Shown here piece after piece: positions 29,850 to 39,024 of a stretch of 64,000 nucleotides of DNA (its first letter is position 1; every line of letters starts with the position of its first letter). This DNA is from Oscillospiraceae bacterium (lineage in GTDB: Bacteria > Bacillota > Clostridia > Oscillospirales > UBA929). Where the stretch lies: positions 5,274 through 69,273 of the forward strand of contig JAVBOR010000026.1 of assembly GCA_031550325.1 (NCBI GenBank), given 5' to 3'. The notes under the pieces are model-generated. The model was not told the origin of the DNA. It did not search any database and saw only the letters and a program-made list of their open reading frames with translations. The position numbers were made by a program, and so were the translations under genes.

Positions 29850-31346
29850 CTAAAACGGGCTCCCCCAGAGCTCTATCAGCCTCAGGCGGGTCGGCGCGTC
29901 GGCGTTTTTGTAGTCCTCCCACTGATCGGGCTTCCATACGGCGCGCCGCGCGGGCGCGCGCTGGAGTTCAAAACGCATTTGCGACCTGATATGGTGCGCG
30001 ATGGCCAGCGCCATGACGCAGTCGTCGTGCGCTCCCGCCTCGGCCTCCGGCCTGAAACTCTTGCCGCGCACAAATGTGAGCATCTCCGAAAGCGTGTCAG
30101 CGTCGCACACGAGAGTGGGATCCTCGCGCACGGCGCGAATCAGACCGGACAGGATGACAGGGCGCGTAACCGATGTGGTGCGAAAGCCGTATGCGTGCCC
30201 GGCGGATACCGTGAAGCTGTCCTCCCGCTCGCGCACGTACTGGTTCGGGTAGCCGAGCCGGTCAAGCTCTTTGACAGGGTAGGTGGAGAAGTTGGTCTCA
30301 ATGCCGATGAGGGCATTGTGGTAATGGACGCCGAGACAGAACATCTGCCTGGCGTAAAGATCCTCGTCAAAGCGATGGCGGAGCGTGGCGACCTGCTGTC
30401 CGCTGATGTTGTCCAGCACCTGCCCGACAAAGCTGTCCGAGCCGTCTCCCGCCGTGTCACCACCGATGACGTAGGGCCTGCCCGCCTGCGGCGCGGCGTA
30501 CAACTTGATTGGCCCGCCGATGTCGTCGACCCAGGCGATGGAGCTCAGCGCCTGCCCGTCGTCGCAATAGGTGAAGTAGCCCTGCGCTATGGGTCTGATG
30601 TTCATGGCAAGCCGCCCGCTGATGTCGGCTGCCGGGAACACCGTTTGCCCCAACGCTCCCCAACACCCGAGACAGTACACGGTGTAGTAATACTCGTCTG
30701 TCTGCTTGAACCCCTCCAGCACGCGCACGGCAGCCTCGTCGAGAAACCGGTTGTCCTTATAGGTGCTGTGGTGCGTCAACGCGTCGGCGTCGATCGTGTC
30801 GAAGAAGCGTTTCTTGAGCCAGTGCGTCGCGCTGACCGGGTTAAAGGTGATGAGAATTTGCTTGTACTGCGGCGTTTGCCCGCGCAGGCGGATGTCCAGC
30901 TGATGAAAATCTGCCTCCTGCAGCTCGGAGGCCTCCTCAATCCAAATGCCCGTGATGCCGAAGATGGATTTCAGCTTGTCCGGGTCGTCCAGACCGGCGA
31001 ACACAATCTCTGAGCCGTTGATGAAGGTGATGCGCAGATCGCTTTTGTGGCACCGCGCGAGCTGATCGGCGTAGTGCTCGGCGATCTGCCCGCAAAGCTG
31101 CCTAAAGCAGCTCTCCCGCAAGGTTTTTGCCACCTTTCGACACACAAGCCAGCGATGGCCGGGTTCGCCGGTGACGCGTTCGAGGATCTTGCGCCCGGCA
31201 AACACGGATTTGCCCGAGCCGCCGCCGCCCATCAGCACAAGATAGCGGTGCTCGTCGGCAAACAGGTCGTAAAACGCTTTGTTGGTCGTCTTCATCAGCG
31301 TGTCCCGCCAATGCGCCAGCGCCGCGAGGTCTTTTTCTTCCCTCAT
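29850..31346 (-). CDS. Phage terminase large subunit (PBSX-type ATPase plus nuclease domain), stand-alone
   Basis: Walker A GGGGSGKS, Walker B IWIEEA, TFNP, HSTYKDN; nuclease acidic residues GGDTAGDGSD and HDDCVMALAIA. Confidence 0.93.
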   Translation of the reverse strand: MREEKDLAALAHWRDTLMKTTNKAFYDLFADEHRYLVLMGGGGSGKSVFAGRKILERVTGEPGHRWLVCRKVAKTLRESCFRQLCGQIAEHYADQLARCHKSDLRITFINGSEIVFAGLDDPDKLKSIFGITGIWIEEASELQEADFHQLDIRLRGQTPQYKQILITFNPVSATHWLKKRFFDTIDADALTHHSTYKDNRFLDEAAVRVLEGFKQTDEYYYTVYCLGCWGALGQTVFPAADISGRLAMNIRPIAQGYFTYCDDGQALSSIAWVDDIGGPIKLYAAPQAGRPYVIGGDTAGDGSDSFVGQVLDNISGQQVATLRHRFDEDLYARQMFCLGVHYHNALIGIETNFSTYPVKELDRLGYPNQYVREREDSFTVSAGHAYGFRTTSVTRPVILSGLIRAVREDPTLVCDADTLSEMLTFVRGKSFRPEAEAGAHDDCVMALAIAHHIRSQMRFELQRAPARRAVWKPDQWEDYKNADAPTRLRLIELWGSPF

Positions 31347-31437
31347 AAAACAATACCCCCTGAGCCCAATTTGCCCTGGCAAGGGCGCGGGCTCGGGGGT
31401 AGTTTATCATCGGGGACGCGTCGGTTATCACAAAGTT

Positions 31438-31489
31438 CCTCGTTTTGTCAAAGAACCTTTGGTTCTTTGACAAAACGAGGGCAGGATCA
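31438..31489. repeat. Perfect 20-bp-arm palindrome, member of the dispersed repeat family
   Basis: CCTCGTTTTGTCAAAGAACC-TTT-GGTTCTTTGACAAAACGAGG; reverse complement plus GCAGGATCA matches 56543-56586. Confidence 0.9.
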
Positions 31490-31519
31490 GCTTCACCTTC
31501 GGTCTTTATTCGCCAAAGG

Positions 31520-32644
31520 TTATGCTCGCCAGACAGTCTTTCGGGTCGGCTCCAGTTCAAAACCCATGTCGCCAAGCGCTGTCTCCACCTGGGAGGCACC
31601 CTCGCCACTCCAGCCGTGCGAGCCAAACGCGAGGCCCTTGCGGTTTTTGGGGGCAAGGCCGCGCATATAGGTCAAAAACGCGGCGACCTGCGGCATCAAG
31701 TTGCGGTTGAGCGTGGGACTGCCCACGGCGATGAACGAGGCGTCCAGAACGGATGCCATGGCCGTGGAGATGTGCGCTGTTTTCAGGCAGACAAGCTCGG
31801 GGCGCATTCCGCGTCCCCGGAGCTCAAGCGCCAGACTCTCCGCCATGTCGCGCGTCGCGCCCCACATGGTGTCGTACACAATCACGGCTTTAAGTTGGTC
31901 GGTCTCGTTGCGCGCCCACGCGGCGTAGCGGTCAAGCATGTCGCCGATATACGAGCGTAGCACAACGCCGTGGCTCGGACAGACCGTGTCCACAGAGAGC
32001 GGCGTAATTTCCCCAAGGAGCTTTTGCACCTGCATGCCGAAGGGGAGCACGATGTTGGCGTAGTAGTCGCCGGCGCGCTCAAGCAGCCTGTCGCGGCCGA
32101 TTTCATCGTCAAATCGCTCCAGCGAGGCGATGTGCTGGCCGAGGGCGTCGTTGCAAAAGAGTGTTTTGGCGCCCGGAAGATAGGTGGTCATGCTGTCCGG
32201 CCAGTGCACCATCGGCATGAGGACAAACGAAAACTCATACTGGCCGGTGCGCAGGGTTTCGCCGGTTTTGACCACATGCACGTCGGCGCCGGCCATGGCC
32301 GACGGGTAGTACGCGGTTAATCCTTTGAGCCCGTTGGGAGAGGTATAGATGGCGGCGTTTGGCGCAATCCTGCGCAGTTCAGGCAGAGCGCCGGAGTGGT
32401 CGGGTTCGACGTGGTTGGAAATGTGGACGTCAATGCGCGCGGGATCAATCACCTCGCTGATGTTGCGCAGCATGTCCTGCGTGTGCGTGGCCTTGACGGT
32501 GTCCACCAGCGTGACGCGGTCATCCAAAATGAGATAGGCGTTATACGTGGTGCCGTACGGCGTGAGATAGCCGTGGAAATTGCGCACATCGTAGTCAATG
32601 GCGCCAACCCAGTAGATATTGTCGTTAATTTTGACTGCGCTCAT
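31520..32644 (-). CDS. fprA: Flavodiiron protein (FprA, A-type flavoprotein)
   Basis: GTTYNAYL, NHVEPDHSG, HWPDSM, PSHG, YDTMWGAT, GSHGWSG. Confidence 0.93.
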   Translation of the reverse strand: MSAVKINDNIYWVGAIDYDVRNFHGYLTPYGTTYNAYLILDDRVTLVDTVKATHTQDMLRNISEVIDPARIDVHISNHVEPDHSGALPELRRIAPNAAIYTSPNGLKGLTAYYPSAMAGADVHVVKTGETLRTGQYEFSFVLMPMVHWPDSMTTYLPGAKTLFCNDALGQHIASLERFDDEIGRDRLLERAGDYYANIVLPFGMQVQKLLGEITPLSVDTVCPSHGVVLRSYIGDMLDRYAAWARNETDQLKAVIVYDTMWGATRDMAESLALELRGRGMRPELVCLKTAHISTAMASVLDASFIAVGSPTLNRNLMPQVAAFLTYMRGLAPKNRKGLAFGSHGWSGEGASQVETALGDMGFELEPTRKTVWRA

Positions 32645-32670
32645 AAAGGATTCTCCTCTTCTCTCTGATG

Positions 32671-34269
32671 TCACTCTGTCACAAGCCAGTTAGGCCAGTT
32701 GTAGAAAGCGTTGGAAGCCGTCGGCGTGAGGCCGGAAATCTTGCCGCGCTGGGTGCACGCAAGCTTGGAACGAAAGCAAACAACCATGAACGGCTGCGTT
32801 TCAAACAGCCTGTTGTATACGCGCTGCGCCGCATAAAGTTCCGTTTCGGGCGGGGCCAGGGCGAGCGCTGCCAGACGCGCGTCAAGCTCCTCGTCGGCAA
32901 ACTTCGGATAGTTCCAAAGGCCGTCGGCTGCCAGCAGGTTTTTAAGCGAAAAGTCGGCCGGAAGCTTCGTTTCGCCGACATACAGGTCGTATTCCAGCGC
33001 GCCGAGCGCCGCCAGATAATCGGGATAGGAGAGCTTTTTCACGCTGACCTGAATGCCGAGCGCGCGCAGAGTCTGGGCATACTGCTCGGAAATCACGATG
33101 CGCGCGTCACTTTCGGCGTTGACAACCAAGTCAAGCAAAAAAGGCTCTCGCCTGTTTCTGCCGGCGGAATACTCCAGCACGCCGTCCGCGTCATCGTCCG
33201 AGAAACCGAGCTCCAGCAGGCGGAGCATGATGGTGTCGGAGCTGTTCGTGGGGGACGGGGTCAGGAGCTTTCCCCGCGCCGAGGCGGGCGGAGCGGGATT
33301 TGCCGTCGGTGCGGCAAATCCGCCGTAGGCAAGCTCGGTCAGACCAGCGCGGTCAAGCGCGCTGGCCAGCGCCGCGCGCACCTCGGGGTTGTCCAGCGGC
33401 GCTTTGGCCGTGTTGACGCCGATAAACACCATATTCGTCGTGGGAATGTCCCAGGTTTCCATGCTCGCGTGCAGTCCGGGCGCCACGGGATCAAACAGAT
33501 CAAGCGTCATCAGGCCGACCATGCCGTTTTGAAACGAGTAAACCAAATCGTCCTGCCCGGAGACCGGGGTGAGATCCACGCGGCTCAGCGGCAGGCGCTG
33601 ATGCCGCCACCAGTCCGAAAACGCCAGCAGGTAGGGGCTTTCTTCCTCAAAGCGCACGGCGTAAGGGCCGGTGCCGGGAGAAAAGTCGGAGGCTGCCTCG
33701 TTTGCCGGCACGATGGGAAAATCCAGCAGCGCGACAAAACGGTCCTGCGCCGAAGACAGGACAATCTCCACCGTTTGATCGTCGATCGCCGATACCGAGG
33801 ACACGAGCGTAAACCGGTCGGCGTAGGGCGACATCTCCAGCATAGCCTGCCCCAGGGAATAGATAACGTCGTTTGCCGTCATGGACGCGCCGTTGTGGAA
33901 CAAAACGTCTTGCCGCAGCGTAAGCAGATACGTCTGGTTGTCCGCCGTACTCCAGGCAGAGCACAGCAGCGGCTGTGGGTCAAACGCCTCGTCCAGTGCA
34001 AACAGCCCTTCATAGCAGAGTTTGCTCCACTCGTCGTTGTAGCGCAGCTTGTCGAGCAGCGGACGGTAGGGCAAGGTTTCGCTCCACGGCAGGCCGAACG
34101 TATGCGACCTGGCCGGGCCGGCGGGCAGCACAATATTTGCCGACGGCGTTGGCGTCGGCGATGTGTCGTCGCCGGGCAGGATAAGGCGCACGGAGGGATT
34201 GGGAGGGCCGTCCTGACAGCCTGCCAGCAAAAGCAAGATCAGGAGCAGGAGCGCGGCGGTTCTTTTCAT
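32671..34269 (-). CDS. ABC transporter substrate-binding lipoprotein (family 5, OppA-like)
   Basis: Lipobox LLAGC; YEGLF, FHNGASMTANDVIYS, GTGPY, VRAALASALDR. Confidence 0.88.
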   Translation of the reverse strand: MKRTAALLLLILLLLAGCQDGPPNPSVRLILPGDDTSPTPTPSANIVLPAGPARSHTFGLPWSETLPYRPLLDKLRYNDEWSKLCYEGLFALDEAFDPQPLLCSAWSTADNQTYLLTLRQDVLFHNGASMTANDVIYSLGQAMLEMSPYADRFTLVSSVSAIDDQTVEIVLSSAQDRFVALLDFPIVPANEAASDFSPGTGPYAVRFEEESPYLLAFSDWWRHQRLPLSRVDLTPVSGQDDLVYSFQNGMVGLMTLDLFDPVAPGLHASMETWDIPTTNMVFIGVNTAKAPLDNPEVRAALASALDRAGLTELAYGGFAAPTANPAPPASARGKLLTPSPTNSSDTIMLRLLELGFSDDDADGVLEYSAGRNRREPFLLDLVVNAESDARIVISEQYAQTLRALGIQVSVKKLSYPDYLAALGALEYDLYVGETKLPADFSLKNLLAADGLWNYPKFADEELDARLAALALAPPETELYAAQRVYNRLFETQPFMVVCFRSKLACTQRGKISGLTPTASNAFYNWPNWLVTE

Positions 34270-34889
34270 AGGCCGATGACGGCTAGCTGCACGCCGCGGT
34301 CTGCCTTGTGGCGGCGGTGCGACCAGTAAAGGTCGGAGCTGCAGCAGGTGCAGGCCTGAGAAACGAAGATGTCGCCGACGCCGGCGTCGCGCAGCCACAG
34401 GGCGTTGACGCCGCGCAGATCGACATGCGGTTTGCCGCCCGCGTAGGTGACAAAGCCGCTGGCTTCTGCGCCCAGCGCCTCGGGAACCTCGGGGCCGGTC
34501 TCATAGCACGCGGCGCATACGCATGGACCGATGAAGGCCTGCATGTCGGCGGGTACGCAGCCAAACCGCGTGGTCATGGCCTCGACGGTTTTGCGCGCGA
34601 CGCGAAGCGCCGTGCCGCGCCAGCCGGCGTGTGCCGCGCCGATGGCCTTACGGCGGTGATCGTACAGCAAAATCGGCACGCAATCGGCCCACTTGACACC
34701 GATAAAAACCCCGGCGCGGTCTGTGATGAGCGCGTCGCCCTCGGCATAGAGGTACTCGGAGTCGACATGCAAAACGGTGTCGCCGTGAACCTGCTCGGCA
34801 GTGTACAGCGGAGCGTATCCCATCGCGCGAAGCGTCGAGGCGCGCGCCTCCAAGTCCCTGGGGAGCCTTTTTGAAAAGAAAAGCGTCAT
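34266..34889 (-). CDS. pgeF: PgeF/YfiH-family protein
   Basis: QVHG, DALIT, ADCVPIL, HAGWRG, IGPC. Confidence 0.9.
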   Translation of the reverse strand: MTLFFSKRLPRDLEARASTLRAMGYAPLYTAEQVHGDTVLHVDSEYLYAEGDALITDRAGVFIGVKWADCVPILLYDHRRKAIGAAHAGWRGTALRVARKTVEAMTTRFGCVPADMQAFIGPCVCAACYETGPEVPEALGAEASGFVTYAGGKPHVDLRGVNALWLRDAGVGDIFVSQACTCCSSDLYWSHRRHKADRGVQLAVIGL

Positions 34890-34908
34890 GAAACCATCCT
34901 TAATTTAA

Positions 34909-36342
34909 TCAGCCCTTGGCCGGGGACGTGACAATGCCTTTCTCAGGGGAGCGGGAAAACTGTGTATACTTGTACTCGGAGTGGATTTGGAGGTTCTCTG
35001 GGCCGATAACAATGCGTGTGCCCGCGTAGGCAGAGCCCAATACGTTGACCGTGCCGTATCCGGCCGTGGTCATACGCTGCTCGACGTCGGTGAGCTCCAT
35101 TTGCAGCGCGACAAGCTTTTCCTGCTGCGCTGCGCGTGTGGCGAGCATTTGCAAGAGCTTGGTCGGCTGGTCTTCGCGCAGACGGTTCTGGGCCTTGAGC
35201 GCCTCAAAATAGGTGATCAGGCGCTCCAGATCCCCGAGGTTTTTCTGAACCGCGGTAATTTCCTTGGGCAGCGTGTCCATGCGCAGAAGGTTGTGCGGAT
35301 CGGAGCCGACCTCCAGTATAGACTCCTGTGTGGCGGTCGCCGAGCCGATGTCGCGGCACTCTATGGAGTTGCGCGCCGTGATGCGGCTGGACAAAATGCC
35401 CGCATGCGCGCCGACAATGCGCACGTTGCCGCCGGCCTGAATCGTGCTGTTAATGCACATGCCGGTTTCGATGTTGAGAAAGGAGACCAGCGTGGCGTTT
35501 TGTACGTACTTGCAGCGAATGTCGCCCTCGGCCTCCACGCGGCCCACGTTCTTGCCGTTGACGCCCTCCTGAATGACGACATTGCCCCCGGCCTTGATCA
35601 CGCCGCCCTCCAGGCAGCCCTTGACCGTGACATTGCCCTCGGCATTGACCTCAAAGCCTGAGAACACATTTCCCTTCACCACGACATTGCCCAGAAAATG
35701 AATGTTTCCGGTGGAGAGATCGACGTTCTCGCTGACTTCAAAGACGTTTTGAACGCATACGGAGCGGTTGACCTGATCGACCTGACCGTCGGTGGCGGCG
35801 AGAAGGCACAGGCCGTCCTGCGAAATGGATGTGTTTTTGCCCACGGGAAGCACGGCCTCGGCGGCCTGCTTCGGCGCGATGGGCTGTCCGGTGACGTCCA
35901 TACCGGGCGTGCCCGGTGTCGCCGGAATCTTGGTGCACAGCACATCGCCCGCGCGCACATTGTGGATCAGGCCGAGCTGCTTGTAGTCGACCGAGCCGTT
36001 TGGCAGCAGCTGCGGGCGCGCCTCGCGCGACCGGGGAAAGTGATACTGCACCCGGCCGGGCACGCCGGCAACAGGCTCAAGGGCGGCGGCTACGAGAATG
36101 GGGACGGAGTATTGCGGGTTGGCTGCCGTCTGTGCAACGACATCGGTCAGAATGCCCGTGACAACGCCGCGTTCTGTCAGCAGGGCCTGGAGCGCTGCTG
36201 AATCCAAGTCGGCGCCTCCATGCTCGGGCGGTCTGATCTTTAAAAACGCTTTTTTCCGATCCGGGGCAATGCTGATCTCAGCTTTTGCGTCAACCGGAGG
36301 GGGCGGGGCGGGAGTTGTAGAAGTTGTGGGGGTAGTGTCCAT
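34909..36342 (-). CDS. FapA/DUF342 flagellar assembly protein A family
   Basis: GSVDYKQLG, GMDVTG, VDLSTGNIHFLGNVVVKGNV beta-helix repeats, coiled coil. Confidence 0.85.
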   Translation of the reverse strand: MDTTPTTSTTPAPPPPVDAKAEISIAPDRKKAFLKIRPPEHGGADLDSAALQALLTERGVVTGILTDVVAQTAANPQYSVPILVAAALEPVAGVPGRVQYHFPRSREARPQLLPNGSVDYKQLGLIHNVRAGDVLCTKIPATPGTPGMDVTGQPIAPKQAAEAVLPVGKNTSISQDGLCLLAATDGQVDQVNRSVCVQNVFEVSENVDLSTGNIHFLGNVVVKGNVFSGFEVNAEGNVTVKGCLEGGVIKAGGNVVIQEGVNGKNVGRVEAEGDIRCKYVQNATLVSFLNIETGMCINSTIQAGGNVRIVGAHAGILSSRITARNSIECRDIGSATATQESILEVGSDPHNLLRMDTLPKEITAVQKNLGDLERLITYFEALKAQNRLREDQPTKLLQMLATRAAQQEKLVALQMELTDVEQRMTTAGYGTVNVLGSAYAGTRIVIGPENLQIHSEYKYTQFSRSPEKGIVTSPAKG

Positions 36343-36404
36343 GTGGTCAAACTCTCCTTTCCTAATCGCGAAGCGCCTCGATTAGGCAGTGCGGGCAATA
36401 CCTT

Positions 36405-36433
36405 ATTGTATCAATGAACATGGTGCTTGTAAA
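36405..36433 (-). promoter_or_regulatory. sigmaA promoter of the fapA-pgeF-SBP-fprA run
   Basis: TTTACA-N17-TACAAT. Confidence 0.6.
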
Positions 36434-36448
36434 GAACATTAAGCCGCG

Positions 36449-37525
36449 CTAGACGATCAAAAGCTCTTTGGGCGCGCGCATCAGGTTTGTACAGCCCTCC
36501 TGCGTGAGCACAATCACGTCCTCAATGCGAACGCCGAATTTCCCGGGAATATAGATGCCGGGTTCGGCCGAGATTACCGCGCCCACGGGCAGCGGCTGAA
36601 CGCTCATCGGGCCGGCGCCGGGGTTTTCATGGACCTCCAGGCCGATGCCGTGGCCAAATCCATGGCCGAAACACTCGCCGTATCCGGCCTTTTCAATGAC
36701 GGCGCGCGCCGCCGCGTCAATCTCTCTTCCCGTAACTTCGGCGCGCGCCGCCGCGATGCCGGCTGTTTGGGCCTCGAGCACGATGTGATACACGGCGCGC
36801 ATGTCCTCGCTTGCGTGTCCGATGGCGACGGTTCGGGTCATGTCCGAGCAGTAGCCGTCCTTCACACAGCCAAAGTCCATCGTGACAAAGTCTCCATCGG
36901 CCAGCTGCCTGTCGCCCGGAACGCCGTGGGGCAGGGAACTGTTGGGCCCGGAGACGACAATGGGCTCAAAGCTCATGCTGTCGGCGCCGTGGCGCAGCAT
37001 GCGGTAAATGAGCTCGGCTGCAACCTGCTTCTCGGTCATGCCGGCCCGCAGCACGCCGCCAAGCAGCTCCTCAAGCGCCGCCTCGGCAATGCGTTGGGCG
37101 GCGGTCATGCGCTCAATTTCGTCCGGGCCTTTAACAGCGCGCAGCGCTGCCAGCGCGTCCTGCGCCTTGATGAGCTTGAGCCCGAGTTTGTCCAGCCAAC
37201 CCTCGTGCGCGCTCACGGTCATGGTGTCGGCCTCGAAGCCGACGCGCTTGGCTTTGCAGCGGTGAAGCGTTTCGGCGGTGAGCGTCTGCGCCGACTTGTC
37301 CTTTGTGCTCATGTCCACTCTGAACTGGGTCACTTTCTGGCGCGCGACCTCAATGTAGCGGAAATCGGTGAAGAAAAATCCCTCGTCCCTGGTCACCAGA
37401 ACAACACCGGCCGAGGTCTCCAAACCAGTGGCATAAAAGCGCGCGACAGGCGAGGTGAGCAGGAGCGCGTCCAGCTTCTGCTCGGCGAGCAGTTCTTGCA
37501 CAACGGCTAATCTTTGCATATTCAT
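36449..37525 (-). CDS. Xaa-Pro peptidase (M24B)
   Basis: DFGCVKDGYCSDMTRT, HGFGHGIGLEVHE, EPGIY, GVRIED. Confidence 0.94.
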   Translation of the reverse strand: MNMQRLAVVQELLAEQKLDALLLTSPVARFYATGLETSAGVVLVTRDEGFFFTDFRYIEVARQKVTQFRVDMSTKDKSAQTLTAETLHRCKAKRVGFEADTMTVSAHEGWLDKLGLKLIKAQDALAALRAVKGPDEIERMTAAQRIAEAALEELLGGVLRAGMTEKQVAAELIYRMLRHGADSMSFEPIVVSGPNSSLPHGVPGDRQLADGDFVTMDFGCVKDGYCSDMTRTVAIGHASEDMRAVYHIVLEAQTAGIAAARAEVTGREIDAAARAVIEKAGYGECFGHGFGHGIGLEVHENPGAGPMSVQPLPVGAVISAEPGIYIPGKFGVRIEDVIVLTQEGCTNLMRAPKELLIV

Positions 37526-37573
37526 CCTCCTAAAAATGCGGTAACGACTCATATACGGGCCAAATGCGGCGGT

Positions 37574-38419
37574 TTACGCGCCGCGGACAAACTCTTCAAA
37601 TACGGCGCGCATCTCGGCGGAGTCCTCGGCCTGTGTGCCGGCTGACTCGCAGATGACGACGCCCTCGTACGCACGGGAAGCCAGGTGTGCGGCAAGAGGC
37701 CGCCAGTCCGGGCCGAACCCGCCGGTGTCGGCAAACGTCCGGTGGCGCTTTTCCCCCGATGGTCCAAATTCTATGTGGGAGAAGTGGATGTGTATGCGCC
37801 TGGCGCGCGAAAGGCCCAGCGCGTTTTCCACGCTGTCCAGCACGCCGGCCATGGCGGAATCGCCGTCGACTGCGCCGAGAGAACGCGCGTACAGGTGGCC
37901 GAAGTCGATGCACGGCAAAAACCGTTCGTCGAGCGAGCACAGGCAGAGTACCTCGTCCAGCGTGCCCAGCTGCCCTTTTTTACCCATGGTCTCCAGGCAA
38001 AAAAAGGTTTCCGGCCACTGCTCGGCGCGTGCCGTGTCCAACATATGGCACAGCGCGGCGGTGGCGTCCCCCAGCGCGGCGGCGCGATCCTTGCCCGCGC
38101 TTCCGCCCGTGTGCACAACAATGCGCGAGGCACCCAGCCAGCCAGCCGCCTCGCAGCATCGGCGCAGGTAATCGATGTTTTTGTCCAGAAGCGAAAGGTT
38201 GGACAGGCTGATGTAATACGGCGCGTGAACCGACACGGCGACGCGGCTTGCGCTCATGGAGGCGCCGATGGCGCGGGCCGTGCTCTCGCCCATGGAAACG
38301 CCGCGCCCAAACTGCACCTCGTATGCGCCGAGTCCGCGCAGAGCAAGCCATGGGGCGATGTCGGCGGTTTTTCCCCTGTAGCTGTCGCTGTGCCCGGCCG
38401 GGCCAAAGATCAGGCTCAT
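37574..38419 (-). CDS. Endonuclease IV-like TIM-barrel protein
   Basis: VHAPYYISL, LETMGK, CIDFGH, HIHFS, GEKRH, ICES. Confidence 0.85.
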   Translation of the reverse strand: MSLIFGPAGHSDSYRGKTADIAPWLALRGLGAYEVQFGRGVSMGESTARAIGASMSASRVAVSVHAPYYISLSNLSLLDKNIDYLRRCCEAAGWLGASRIVVHTGGSAGKDRAAALGDATAALCHMLDTARAEQWPETFFCLETMGKKGQLGTLDEVLCLCSLDERFLPCIDFGHLYARSLGAVDGDSAMAGVLDSVENALGLSRARRIHIHFSHIEFGPSGEKRHRTFADTGGFGPDWRPLAAHLASRAYEGVVICESAGTQAEDSAEMRAVFEEFVRGA

Positions 38420-38904
38420 GATGATTTTGAGCGGCTGACCACAAGCCGCTCGACTGACATGCGCAGCCGGGTCAGCGGCGAGCTGGAAAGCGGCCTGATA
38501 AAGCAGACGCGCATGCCGGCGCGCCGCGCGGCGGGAATGTCGGTAAAGGCGTTGTCGCCCAATAGCACAAGACGCTCGGGAGCGTGGCCGAGCGTTTCGG
38601 CCATTTTGAGCAGCGCCTTAGGGCTGGGCTTACGCGCGTTTGCAATGAACGGGACGCCGAGCGCCCGGCAGAAGACGCGCACGCGCTCGGGACTGCGGTT
38701 GTTGGACACGACGCCGAGCGCAATAGACGCCTCGCGCAGAGACGACGCCCAGGCCAGCATGGCCGGGCGCGGCAGAGCTTCGCCGTGCGTGCCGAGGGTG
38801 TTGTCCAAATCGGCCAAAACGCCGAAAAGGCCGCGCCTTGTCAGCCAGTCGGGGGTGACGAGAAGGACGCTGTCGGCCTGATCGTCGGGAACAAATCGCT
38901 TCAT
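38416..38904 (-). CDS. YqeG-family HAD IIIA phosphatase
   Basis: DLDNTL, VSNN, ARKP, GDNAFTD. Confidence 0.88.
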   Translation of the reverse strand: MKRFVPDDQADSVLLVTPDWLTRRGLFGVLADLDNTLGTHGEALPRPAMLAWASSLREASIALGVVSNNRSPERVRVFCRALGVPFIANARKPSPKALLKMAETLGHAPERLVLLGDNAFTDIPAARRAGMRVCFIRPLSSSPLTRLRMSVERLVVSRSKSS

Positions 38905-39024
38905 AGGATTCTCCTCGCTGGACGCTTGAGCGCAAAGCTTGTGTCCGGACATTCTAAGTTTTGCCACTTGCCCGTATACTTAATCGGAGGCGGCAAGGCC
39001 ACATGCGGACAAGGGGGAAGAAGG

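Noticed and set aside
29826-31013. 395-aa plus-strand ORF following the 88-aa gene
   Set aside because: Antisense shadow of the terminase; no motifs; expected in high-GC DNA
28013-31489. Complete prophage or ICE
   Set aside because: No integrase, replication, conjugation, structural or lysis genes and no att direct repeats seen by eye
32668-34329. 553-aa plus-strand ORF
   Set aside because: Antisense shadow of the ABC substrate-binding protein
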